A DNA stretch of 59,237 nt from a virus (Duplodnaviria > Caudoviricetes). The DNA is taken from the IMG/VR virus record IMGVR_UViG_3300027896_000047, positions 1 through 59,237 of that record; one strand, 5' to 3'. Within the stretch, counting starts at the first letter, position 1, and each line of letters opens with the position of its first letter. The notes under the pieces are model-generated. The model worked only from the letters and a program-made list of their open reading frames with translations. It was not told where the DNA came from and did not search any database. Positions 10,017 to 18,242 of the stretch are shown piece by piece. Made by a program: the position numbers and the translations under genes.

Positions 10017-10495
10017 AAGAGAAAATGATAATGCGTAAAGCAATAATGGATAATATTCGTAAATACACATCATTTTTAAACCCAGCACTTGTTAAACAAC
10101 AAAAACTTACTAGTAAGAATTATGCTGCTTTAGTTGAATCACACCAACTTAAAAATGTTATATTTATCATGGCAGAGAATACTGAAAATGTAGAAACTCT
10201 TAGAATGTTAGCTAAAATGTTTGATGAACTCGAATTTGAACAGCAACGTCTTTGGGGGTTTCCTTTGGATCAAAACTATCATTATTTTTGGGATTTCCCA
10301 GCTTGTACTTGTCCAAAAATAGATAATTTGGACTCATTAGGCACTTCATATCATGTACATAGTGGTGTATGCCCTATTCATGGAGAAACTGTTATGGAGA
10401 GAGTGAAAGCACGGCTTGAACAGTCCTCAAAGAAAGAAACTGAATTTGTCAAACCACAAAGAGATGCCAAGGGGCGTTTTATTAAAAATAAATAA
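10013..10495 (+). CDS. Phage hypothetical protein with CxCP...CPxH metal site and C-terminal RDAKGRF motif
   Basis: QRLWGFPLDQNYHYFWDFPACTCPKIDN...CPIHG. Confidence 0.6.
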   Translation: MKEKMIMRKAIMDNIRKYTSFLNPALVKQQKLTSKNYAALVESHQLKNVIFIMAENTENVETLRMLAKMFDELEFEQQRLWGFPLDQNYHYFWDFPACTCPKIDNLDSLGTSYHVHSGVCPIHGETVMERVKARLEQSSKKETEFVKPQRDAKGRFIKNK

Positions 10496-10502
10496 GGAAT
10501 AA

Positions 10503-10733
10503 ATGACTACATCTAATGAGTTAGTTAAAAAATTTCAAAAAAGTGCTTTAGAGGAATTACATAGTCTTATATTATATCAACAGTCTTTTCTTTTAGATTT
10601 AGAAAAAACAATTAATAAAAAAGAAGCATGTGCTTTTCCAATTTCATATGCCTCATGTGTAGTTGGAAAAGCTCTTCAAATACATAATGAACTTGCAAAA
10701 GCAAACGGTGCTGTTCTTGTACATTCAAAATAG
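10503..10733 (+). CDS. Hypothetical protein
   Basis: ORF track; AAGGA RBS. Confidence 0.5.
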   Translation: MTTSNELVKKFQKSALEELHSLILYQQSFLLDLEKTINKKEACAFPISYASCVVGKALQIHNELAKANGAVLVHSK

Positions 10734-10747
10734 TAAAGGTACTTATT

Positions 10748-11569
10748 ATGCAGGATGATTTAGGCGACAGAATGAAAATGTTCGAAAAGGCATGTGCTCC
10801 TAGATGTATGCCTCTTCTTCCAGTATGTGTTAGACTTGATGGTAAGAATTTCAGTAAGTGGACTAAAGGGTTACATCGTCCTTACGATACTGAATTTAGA
10901 ACAGTAATGATAAACGTTACTAGGTATTTAGTACAAGAAACACAAGCTTGTATAGGGTATACACAATCTGATGAAATATCATTAATTTATTACAGTGACA
11001 CGCATGCCTCTCAAATATTTTTTGATGGTAAACTTCAAAAGATTTGTTCTGTGTTAGCTTCTATGACTACGATGAAATTTAATGAATTGATGGCTGAGAA
11101 AATCATTTTGCATGATAGATTTAGGCATAAATCGTTTGCCTTGTTTGATTGTCGTGTATGGCAAGTTCCTACTTTACAGGAAGCTGTAAATGTGTTAATA
11201 TGGCGTGAGCAAGATGCTACTAAGAATAGTGTTACATTAGCTGCATCATCTGTGTATTCTCATAAGCAATTAATGAATAAAAATGGTAAACAGAAACAAG
11301 ACATGCTTATGGAGAAAGGTATTAATTGGAATGATTACCCGTGGTTCTTTAAACGAGGTGTTTATGTCAAACGTGTAATCAGAGAAAAAGAATATACAAC
11401 TGAAGAGTTGGACACATTGCCAGAAAAACACCGTTTAAATATTATAAATATGGGTGCAGTTAAAAGATCGAGTATTGAAGTACTAGAGAATTTTCCAAAA
11501 CTTGCATCCATTAAAAACGCGGTCGATGTTATTTTTAATAATGTTGAAATAAAACTAAAGGATACGTAA
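10748..11569 (+). CDS. thg1: tRNA(His) guanylyltransferase / Thg1-like 3'-5' polymerase
   Basis: RLDGKNFS, YTQSDEIS, FDGK.QK, FDCR, WREQDA.KNS and GINWND motifs. Confidence 0.92.
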   Translation: MQDDLGDRMKMFEKACAPRCMPLLPVCVRLDGKNFSKWTKGLHRPYDTEFRTVMINVTRYLVQETQACIGYTQSDEISLIYYSDTHASQIFFDGKLQKICSVLASMTTMKFNELMAEKIILHDRFRHKSFALFDCRVWQVPTLQEAVNVLIWREQDATKNSVTLAASSVYSHKQLMNKNGKQKQDMLMEKGINWNDYPWFFKRGVYVKRVIREKEYTTEELDTLPEKHRLNIINMGAVKRSSIEVLENFPKLASIKNAVDVIFNNVEIKLKDT

Positions 11570-11778
11570 TGCATCAAAAACATTTAAAAAGATTAACACC
11601 AGAGGAACATGAACGTTTATTTTTTCTTGGGGAATGTCTTATTGTTAATGGTGAATTTGTGGTGGGCTTTCATAACCAAGATCTATGGCAAGAATTTAAT
11701 ACATTGACAAAGAAGAATACCACTAAAGTCATTGTTGAAACTGGTCCTTATGATCATTACATAATGCGTAAAAAGTAA
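11569..11778 (+). CDS. Hypothetical protein
   Basis: TAATG coupling to thg1. Confidence 0.45.
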   Translation: MHQKHLKRLTPEEHERLFFLGECLIVNGEFVVGFHNQDLWQEFNTLTKKNTTKVIVETGPYDHYIMRKK

Positions 11779-12486
11779 ATGAGAATAGTTGTCTTTGCAG
11801 ATACTCACACTAAACATGGTACCATGAAAGTGCCTGATGGTGATGTAGTAATATGTTGTGGTGATATATGTTCAACAAGATCAATAGGGGAGGTAACCAC
11901 TTTTATTAGTTGGTTTAAAAAACTCCCTCATCGATATAAAATACTTATCGCAGGGAATCATGATTGGGGATTTCAGCAATTTAATCCTGAAGCATTAATA
12001 CCACGTGATATTTATTATTTGTGTGATTCTTATACCTATGTAAAGGAACCAAATGATTTTACAGCAACTGCTAGTGGTATAAAAGTGTATGGAACGCCTT
12101 GGACTCCTAAGTTTTTCGATTGGGCTTTTATGTTGCCTAGAAATGAAGAGCAATTAAAAGCTAGAGTCGAAGCAATACCAAATAATGTTGATATTTTAGT
12201 ATCACATGGTCCTCCTTTTGAAATTCTAGATACCGTTCCATTATATGATAAATGGGGAGGGTATCTAGCAATGCAGAATGAAGGTTGCAAAATGCTTAGA
12301 CAAAGAGTATTCGAAGTCAAACCAAAACTCCATGTTTTTGGGCACATTCACGAAGGAAGAGGGTCTGTCTTTATGAATGGGACATTGTTTGTAAATGCTA
12401 CTATTTGTAACGGTAATTATGACCCTATATATAAACCTGTTGTAATTGATTATATTAATGGAATAATGTCACTTGTGGAGGCATAA
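11779..12486 (+). CDS. Calcineurin-like metallophosphoesterase (MPPED/Rv0805-like)
   Basis: DTH, GD, GNHD, SHGPP and FGHIHE motifs. Confidence 0.9.
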   Translation: MRIVVFADTHTKHGTMKVPDGDVVICCGDICSTRSIGEVTTFISWFKKLPHRYKILIAGNHDWGFQQFNPEALIPRDIYYLCDSYTYVKEPNDFTATASGIKVYGTPWTPKFFDWAFMLPRNEEQLKARVEAIPNNVDILVSHGPPFEILDTVPLYDKWGGYLAMQNEGCKMLRQRVFEVKPKLHVFGHIHEGRGSVFMNGTLFVNATICNGNYDPIYKPVVIDYINGIMSLVEA

Positions 12487-12487
12487 A

Positions 12488-12844
12488 ATGGTAGGTGCAG
12501 TATATATTGTACGTAATGCAGATGAAATGCAAAAGTATCAAAGAGAATTAGTAATTAACCGCCTCAAGCAAAAATACGAAATAATTCTCACAAGTATTAT
12601 GCAGGGTATTTATTCCCATATAGATACATCGAATCAACAACAGTATGTTTGTGAGCTAACATACAATATAAATGACAGTCTTGGAGAAGATAATCCGACA
12701 TATGAAATTGTCTATCTTTTAAATCTACTTGGATATTCGGTGAATTGTAACCACTCTAAAATTGTACACGCTATTCAGGTGCATAGAATAAAACAATCAA
12801 ATGATACTACTATGGGAAGTATATCTATTACTATTACTTGGTAA
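12488..12844 (+). CDS. Hypothetical protein
   Basis: ORF track (12473); ATG at 12488 follows GGAGG. Confidence 0.5.
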   Translation: MVGAVYIVRNADEMQKYQRELVINRLKQKYEIILTSIMQGIYSHIDTSNQQQYVCELTYNINDSLGEDNPTYEIVYLLNLLGYSVNCNHSKIVHAIQVHRIKQSNDTTMGSISITITW

Positions 12845-12852
12845 ATTAATTG

Positions 12853-12881
12853 TTGTATTTTGTTTAGTTATGTAGTACTAT
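12853..12881 (+). promoter_or_regulatory. Sigma70-like promoter
   Basis: TTGTAT-N17-TACTAT upstream of the 12935 ORF. Confidence 0.6.
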
Positions 12882-12934
12882 TGTTTTTTAATTAGTAAAA
12901 ATCATTGTTAATTTTAAGTTAAGGAGTAAGAATC

Positions 12935-13693
12935 ATGGCACACATGCACGAGTTGTTGGCTGTAGAGTCAGATGTTCAAGGTCAGTTGAAATTAATTATG
13001 TCGGAAACTGACAGAGTATTCAAAGATAAATCAGCATTATTTCAGGGTTCTCATAGAAAGTTGGTTGTTTTTGATGACAATGATAAAACAGTCTATCCTG
13101 AGGAAAATCAAGCCCTAACTTCAACAGTGGAACAACGTCTCGACTATACTGCAAAGGCAATTGTTAAATGTTTTGATATAATGTTGCAGAAAGAATCAAC
13201 AAATCAAAAAGCAGTAGCAAACATTGTGGTTGATGGTGAAATTCTTGCTGAGAATGTACCTGCAACATTTCTTCTAGGTCTTGAAACTAAATTAAAAGAA
13301 GTACGATCGGTGTATGCTAACATACCTACCCTTCAAGTAGGTATTGATTGGGAAGAGGCTAGTGATCTTGGGAAGGGTATCTATCGTATGAAGTTTCCTG
13401 AAGAAAAATTACGAACTGAGTTAAAGTTCAGGTCTCAGGTACTTTATGAGGCTACTGAACACCATAAAGCAGAAATTGAGAAATGGCAGGAGCAGGTACC
13501 TACTGGTAAGTTTGTTAAGAGTGTTTGGTCAGGTATGTTCACTTCAGCTGAAAAGCATAAGGTACTCACTAATATCGACAAACTTATCTCAGCTGTAAAA
13601 CAAGCTCGTCAAAGAGCTAATATGCAAGAAGTTGTAGGGGGTAATATTGGTAAAAAACTTATTAAATTCATCAATGGTGAAGGTAGTAAGTAA
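12935..13693 (+). CDS. Conserved helical protein of unknown function (resembles a widespread phage/bacterial family, DUF7873-like from memory)
   Basis: AAGGAG RBS. Motifs KESTNQKAVANIVVDG, VPATFLLGLE, IPTL, YEATEHHKAEI, WSG and AVKQARQRAN. Confidence 0.75.
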   Translation: MAHMHELLAVESDVQGQLKLIMSETDRVFKDKSALFQGSHRKLVVFDDNDKTVYPEENQALTSTVEQRLDYTAKAIVKCFDIMLQKESTNQKAVANIVVDGEILAENVPATFLLGLETKLKEVRSVYANIPTLQVGIDWEEASDLGKGIYRMKFPEEKLRTELKFRSQVLYEATEHHKAEIEKWQEQVPTGKFVKSVWSGMFTSAEKHKVLTNIDKLISAVKQARQRANMQEVVGGNIGKKLIKFINGEGSK

Positions 13694-13699
13694 CTATAA

Positions 13700-14020
13700 T
13701 TTTTGAGACAGCATCATTATTAATGTCAAAACCGTCTGAACCGGTATTTATTATCAAACTTATTCTTTTGTCTCAACAATTTTATTTTGAAAACTGCATT
13801 ACTAGGCATTAGTAGATAAAACATTGCTTGTCAGTGGTTCGAATCCATTCTGCTCCTCTATGTACATAAAAATATACCTTATGTACATAGAGGAGCAGTA
13901 GCTCAGTGGTAGAGCAGGCTTTATAAATCTAACATCTGTTAATTGACTGAAAATGTAAGTGAGTAAACAAAACTATACAAGCAGAGGGGTTTCGGAAGGA
14001 TATCTGGAACCCCTCATTTT
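13700..14020 (+). ncRNA. Structured ncRNA with circularly permuted tRNA-like domain (YrlA/Y-RNA-like topology)
   Basis: T arm AGTGG-TTCGAAT-CCATT (13833-13849); perfect 20-bp stem 13850-13869/13879-13898; then TA-GCTC-AGTGGTA-GAGC D arm (13899-13915). Extra helices at 13703-13710/13769-13776 and 13825-13831/13977-13983. RNA ends are inferred. Confidence 0.75.
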
Positions 14021-14022
14021 TT
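13984..14022 (+). terminator. Intrinsic terminator closing the protein-ncRNA unit
   Basis: GAGGGGTTTCGGA-aggata-TCTGGAACCCCTC followed by ATTTTTT. Confidence 0.8.
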
Positions 14023-14145
14023 ATTAAAATATTTATTGCAATTAATTTCTAGATAATGTATACATAAGATATAAACAAAACATAAACCTTCTAAACAAGT
14101 TCAAGATAACCTAGTTTAGAGTAACTGCATTAAGGAGGTATTGTA

Positions 14146-15060
14146 ATGGGTGAACGTCCTGTCACATCTCTAAGTGTGATTATTGCTCGTATTCAAGTAG
14201 ACGATCTACATGAAGGTCATTTAGAGCTATTTCAAGAAGCTTTCAATAATAGTACAACGATGCTTGTTATTATTGGGTTAAGTCCTTGTAAATGTACAAG
14301 GAACAATCCTCTTGATTTTAGCACTCGTTGTAGTCTTGTCCTTTCTCATTTCCCTAAAGCTAAAGTTGCCTATATTGAAGATATAGGTGATAATATTAAA
14401 TGGTCAAAAAAGCTTGATACTATTATTAAGCCTTTTGCCGATAAGCATGATACCACTATACTTTATGGGAGTCGTGATTCTTTCATTAAATCATATCATG
14501 GTACATACCTCACCAAAAATATAATGCAAAAGGTCATTATTTCTGGAACTGTTATAAGGAATCAAATAGCTGCCCGTTCTAGAGATACAGTTGATTTCAG
14601 AGCTGGGGCTATTTGGTATGCTCTTAATCAATATCCAAGAGTAGTTCCAACAGTTGATATTGCTGTTATAGATAAATCTTCAGAATTGCTTCTTTTAGGT
14701 CGTAAACCACATGAAGATTTGTATAGATTAGTTGGGGGTTTTGCAGAACCTGGTGAGACCTTTGAAGCCTCAGCTGTTCGTGAATTGCAGGAAGAAACAG
14801 GTCTTCGTGTTAAACCAGGGCAATTACATATTGAAAGATCATTTTTTATTGATGATTGGCGTTATAAGAATGAGGTTGATAAAATAACTACTGTTTTATT
14901 TACATTGTCTACATATAGTGGTCTGCCTATTCCAAATGATGATATATGTGAATTAAAATGGTTTAATATGTATACTGAGCTTACTTTAGATATAGTGATG
15001 CCAAATCATAGAGATATGATTGCTTATCTTATTAAAAAATATTGTCCGGATCGAGTATGA
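14146..15060 (+). CDS. nadM: Bifunctional NMN/NaMN adenylyltransferase - Nudix (ADP-ribose pyrophosphatase)
   Basis: N-terminal RIQ...LHEGH (HxGH), NPL and ISGT.IR; C-terminal Nudix box GGFAEPGETFEASAVRELQEETGL. Confidence 0.9.
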   Translation: MGERPVTSLSVIIARIQVDDLHEGHLELFQEAFNNSTTMLVIIGLSPCKCTRNNPLDFSTRCSLVLSHFPKAKVAYIEDIGDNIKWSKKLDTIIKPFADKHDTTILYGSRDSFIKSYHGTYLTKNIMQKVIISGTVIRNQIAARSRDTVDFRAGAIWYALNQYPRVVPTVDIAVIDKSSELLLLGRKPHEDLYRLVGGFAEPGETFEASAVRELQEETGLRVKPGQLHIERSFFIDDWRYKNEVDKITTVLFTLSTYSGLPIPNDDICELKWFNMYTELTLDIVMPNHRDMIAYLIKKYCPDRV

Positions 15061-15350
15061 TAAATATTTTAAAGAAAATCGGAAATGCATTAATATTTCT
15101 AGGTATTTTAGGGGTTTTAGTAGTTATCGCTGGAGCTTTTGTTAAACGTTCTGATGACTATAATAAGAAACTTAAAGAGGAAAGTATACACTCAGCTATG
15201 TTTGATTGTGAAAGCAAACAACCATTCTCTACTGACTTAAATTTGCAACAATATGAAATTCGGAAGTGCAAAACAAAGAAAGGTAATGTTGAGTACCTGT
15301 TATTAACTACTCCAAATGGTGATGGTAGTCTTATGGAGTTTCATGAATAA
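15057..15350 (+). CDS. Small membrane-anchored protein
   Basis: TM helix ALIFLGILGVLVVIAGAFV; ATGA overlap with the nadM stop. Confidence 0.55.
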   Translation: MINILKKIGNALIFLGILGVLVVIAGAFVKRSDDYNKKLKEESIHSAMFDCESKQPFSTDLNLQQYEIRKCKTKKGNVEYLLLTTPNGDGSLMEFHE

Positions 15351-15558
15351 ATTTGTATTTTTATGTTTCTTATTTGTAAGTAGTTGTGCTAATAATCAAG
15401 ACGATGCCCCACAGCGAAGACAAGAACATAATCTTACATGTGGACCAGCACTACCAATATATGAAATGACTACTATTGAAATTAAGATGTGTACAACGTT
15501 AACTAATACCAAGGAACCAGATAGTTTATACATTGTAATACAAGGATCATTAAAATAA
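15343..15558 (+). CDS. Putative small lipoprotein
   Basis: MNKFVFLCFLFVSSC lipobox-like start. C-terminal EIKMC.T....YIV segment resembles EIRKCKT....YLL of the upstream gene. Confidence 0.45.
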   Translation: MNKFVFLCFLFVSSCANNQDDAPQRRQEHNLTCGPALPIYEMTTIEIKMCTTLTNTKEPDSLYIVIQGSLK

Positions 15559-15572
15559 AGTGTATTTTTATC

Positions 15573-15601
15573 TTGTATTACTTCTACGAATAGTGTATAG
15601 T
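15573..15601 (+). promoter_or_regulatory. Sigma70-like promoter of the pncA operon
   Basis: TTGTAT-N17-TATAGT. Confidence 0.7.
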
Positions 15602-15655
15602 GTTTTACATAAGTGTTAGTTGTTAATTTAAAAACAAAAAGAAAAGGAGATTGTT

Positions 15656-16477
15656 ATGGACGTAAGATTGTTAATTATTGACCCACAGGTAGATTTTTGT
15701 GATCCAAAAGGTGCTTTGTATGTTGGAGTGCCTTCCGACCCCTCAACAGGAGCGGTGGCTGATTGCACTCGCACTGCTAAGATGATTGACCGTTTAGGCA
15801 AAAAAATTACTCGTATTTATACGACTTTTGACAGCCATTCTCAGTATCAGATTTTTCATCCAATGTTCTGGAAGAAGAGTGACAGCAACATCGTCGATCC
15901 TTTTACACTTATTAAATATTCGGATATTGTCGACGGTGTGTATACTCCAGTAGACCCACATATGCTGGATTGGGCTAAAAGCTATGCTAAAACTCTGGAG
16001 GATGGAGGTCGTTATCCTTTGTTCATTTGGCCTTACCATTGTTTAATTGGTACCCCAGGTTGGGCTATGAATCCTGAAATCATGCAATCCATTCATAAGT
16101 GGGAGCGTGATACATATCGTAGTTTCCGTCCAATTACCAAGGGTTCTTGTTTTAAAACTGAACATTATTCTGCAGTTAAGGCAGAAGTTGAAGTTCCGGA
16201 AGACCCTACCACTCAGTTGAACATGAAGGGCCTCATTGTACCTCTCGAGGAAGCTGATATGGTGCTCATCGGTGGACAGGCCCGCAGTCATTGTGTTGCA
16301 AATACAGTTAGGGATATTATGGCTAATTTTTCCGATCCTGCATATATTAGAAAAATGTATATCCTTGAAGATGCTACATCTGATGTTCCTGGATTCGAAC
16401 ATCTTGGTGATGCATTTATCAATGACTTCGTGCAGGCTGGTGGGAACATCACCACTACTGTTAAAGTTCTCGCGTAA
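15656..16477 (+). CDS. pncA: Nicotinamidase (isochorismatase/cysteine hydrolase family)
   Basis: IIDPQVDF (catalytic Asp), DSH metal site, WPYHC..GT.G, TKG (Lys) and GQARSHCV (Cys nucleophile). Confidence 0.85.
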   Translation: MDVRLLIIDPQVDFCDPKGALYVGVPSDPSTGAVADCTRTAKMIDRLGKKITRIYTTFDSHSQYQIFHPMFWKKSDSNIVDPFTLIKYSDIVDGVYTPVDPHMLDWAKSYAKTLEDGGRYPLFIWPYHCLIGTPGWAMNPEIMQSIHKWERDTYRSFRPITKGSCFKTEHYSAVKAEVEVPEDPTTQLNMKGLIVPLEEADMVLIGGQARSHCVANTVRDIMANFSDPAYIRKMYILEDATSDVPGFEHLGDAFINDFVQAGGNITTTVKVLA

Positions 16478-16513
16478 ATTCAATTTTAATCTACTAGTTA
16501 AGGAGTACATATT

Positions 16514-17263
16514 ATGGAAGAGACAAAATTCGAAATCCCCGATAATAATGCCTTCAGTTTTTCAGGTATCGATCCGGAAGACCTCGTTAATCCTGAAGAC
16601 GAGTACACTTTGGTATCAATTGCTGAAGATGTAAGTCCTTCTACAGGGGGTTGTCGGGTTGCTATGGCAGCAGGAATGAAAACTGTTAATCTCGCTTGTA
16701 AGAAAGATCCACGTTCCGACAAACTCATGGTACATTCTACCAGGTTTGGTGCTTCTATCCAGGAAATTCATGGCTTTAAACCTGTGAATGATATTGATGA
16801 AAATCTGTATTCTGCCTCTCCTAGTATTGGAGGATCTACTTGTTTGTATGATGCAATTTATAATGCAGTATCTGCATGTAGTCGGTATGCTGAAATTCTT
16901 GATAAATCTGGCGATATCAGTTCCAATGCTATTGTTTTTATATTCACTGATGGTATGGATAATTCGTCAACAGTTGGACCACAGACTATTATGGAAAAAC
17001 TGGAGGAAATCAAGATGAAGGAAGTATTGGAGTCCATCAAGATCATCATCCTGGGCTTTAGTGATCCTAATTCTTCTTACCAATCAACTGTCGCCAAGTA
17101 TTTGCAGCAATTAGTTGACGATCTCAAACTTGACCAGTATGTAGACATTGGAGCAATGACTCCTGCTCAAGCTGCAAAGGTCTTCGGATTTGTCAGTCAG
17201 TCCATTTCTTCTCAGAGTCAGCATCTCGGAACAGGTGGTGCAAGTCAAAATCTCGTATTTTAA
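16514..17263 (+). CDS. von Willebrand factor A domain protein (TerY-like)
   Basis: MIDAS DVSPS...GSTCLYDAI...FTDG. Confidence 0.85.
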   Translation: MEETKFEIPDNNAFSFSGIDPEDLVNPEDEYTLVSIAEDVSPSTGGCRVAMAAGMKTVNLACKKDPRSDKLMVHSTRFGASIQEIHGFKPVNDIDENLYSASPSIGGSTCLYDAIYNAVSACSRYAEILDKSGDISSNAIVFIFTDGMDNSSTVGPQTIMEKLEEIKMKEVLESIKIIILGFSDPNSSYQSTVAKYLQQLVDDLKLDQYVDIGAMTPAQAAKVFGFVSQSISSQSQHLGTGGASQNLVF

Positions 17264-17284
17264 TTCGCTTTTATTAACAACACT

Positions 17285-17322
17285 AATGATTAGAGTGGTG
17301 ATGTAACCACTCTAATCATTTT
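17285..17322 (+). terminator. Hairpin (terminator or processing site) between the vWA and PP2C genes
   Basis: AATGATTAGAGTGGT-gatgta-ACCACTCTAATCATT followed by a T-rich tail. Confidence 0.7.
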
Positions 17323-17330
17323 CTTCTATT

Positions 17331-18239
17331 TTGGTAGGCACTATGAATGTTGATAATTTTTTAAAAATTGGGCATAGTCACACCATGTGCCAGGATTATA
17401 TTTTGTCTGGAACAGATCCCATACCTTATGTTATTCTGGCAGATGGTTGTTCGTCAGCAGCTGATAGTGACATAGGTGCTCGTTTGTTATGTCATACTGC
17501 TTTATCCTATTTAATTGAAAATTTAAAATATTTAGAGCAAGTAGATTGGTTCAGTTTAGGAACTACTATTGTCACCGATGCAGTACATGCTAAACGGAGC
17601 TATTTCAGTACATTGTCTGTAGAATGTCTGGATGCTACACTTATTGTAGCTTATAAATATAATAAGAGATATAAAGTGTTTATATATGGTGATGGTCATG
17701 TATATTATACTACACCTGATAATACACAATGTTATTATAAAGTTAATTTTACACCAAACGCCCCAGCTTATTTACGTTATTGGATTAACGGTAAACAACA
17801 GTATATTGATAATAAAGTACAGATGTCAGTTACTTCACATAATTGGATTAATGGTGCTAATTTTCTTGACGCGTTTACACCTTTTTTTCTTGACATACCA
17901 GAAGAGGAAATTAAAACTCTTATTGTAGCGAGTGATGGAGTTGAATCACTAATGTTTAAAGAAGAGGAATTAGTAAAAACAAAGTATCTAAAAATGTATG
18001 ATCTTATCAAGTACGCTAGGCAACATCCAACAATTACAGATGTTAAATGTATAGAATCTCAGTTAGTTCCTCAAGTTAAAGAACTTGCTTTTCTTGATTT
18101 ATTTAAAGATATGATAGAATTCAAGTTAACTAAAGGTCCCTTTCTTAGTCGTCGTGTTAAAAAAGTGCTTAAAGAACATCAGAAGAATGGTTTTGTTAAC
18201 GATGATGATCTATCCATCGGTTGTTTTTTGGAGGATTAA
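17331..18239 (+). CDS. PP2C-family protein phosphatase (start probably ATG 17343)
   Basis: G.SH..CQD, LADGCS, ASDG and DDLS motifs. Confidence 0.85.
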   Translation: MVGTMNVDNFLKIGHSHTMCQDYILSGTDPIPYVILADGCSSAADSDIGARLLCHTALSYLIENLKYLEQVDWFSLGTTIVTDAVHAKRSYFSTLSVECLDATLIVAYKYNKRYKVFIYGDGHVYYTTPDNTQCYYKVNFTPNAPAYLRYWINGKQQYIDNKVQMSVTSHNWINGANFLDAFTPFFLDIPEEEIKTLIVASDGVESLMFKEEELVKTKYLKMYDLIKYARQHPTITDVKCIESQLVPQVKELAFLDLFKDMIEFKLTKGPFLSRRVKKVLKEHQKNGFVNDDDLSIGCFLED

Positions 18240-18242
18240 ATC

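Noticed and set aside
13892-13980. Canonical tRNA gene starting GGAGCAGTAGCTCAGTGGTAGAGCA
   Set aside because: No anticodon stem, T arm or acceptor 3' strand follows; the matching T arm and 3' strand lie upstream (permuted).
13700-14020. Two-piece (permuted) tmRNA
   Set aside because: It has a full D stem and an A3-U70 pair instead of the alanine G3-U70 identity pair, and no convincing tag reading frame was found. A covariance search is still needed to exclude it fully.
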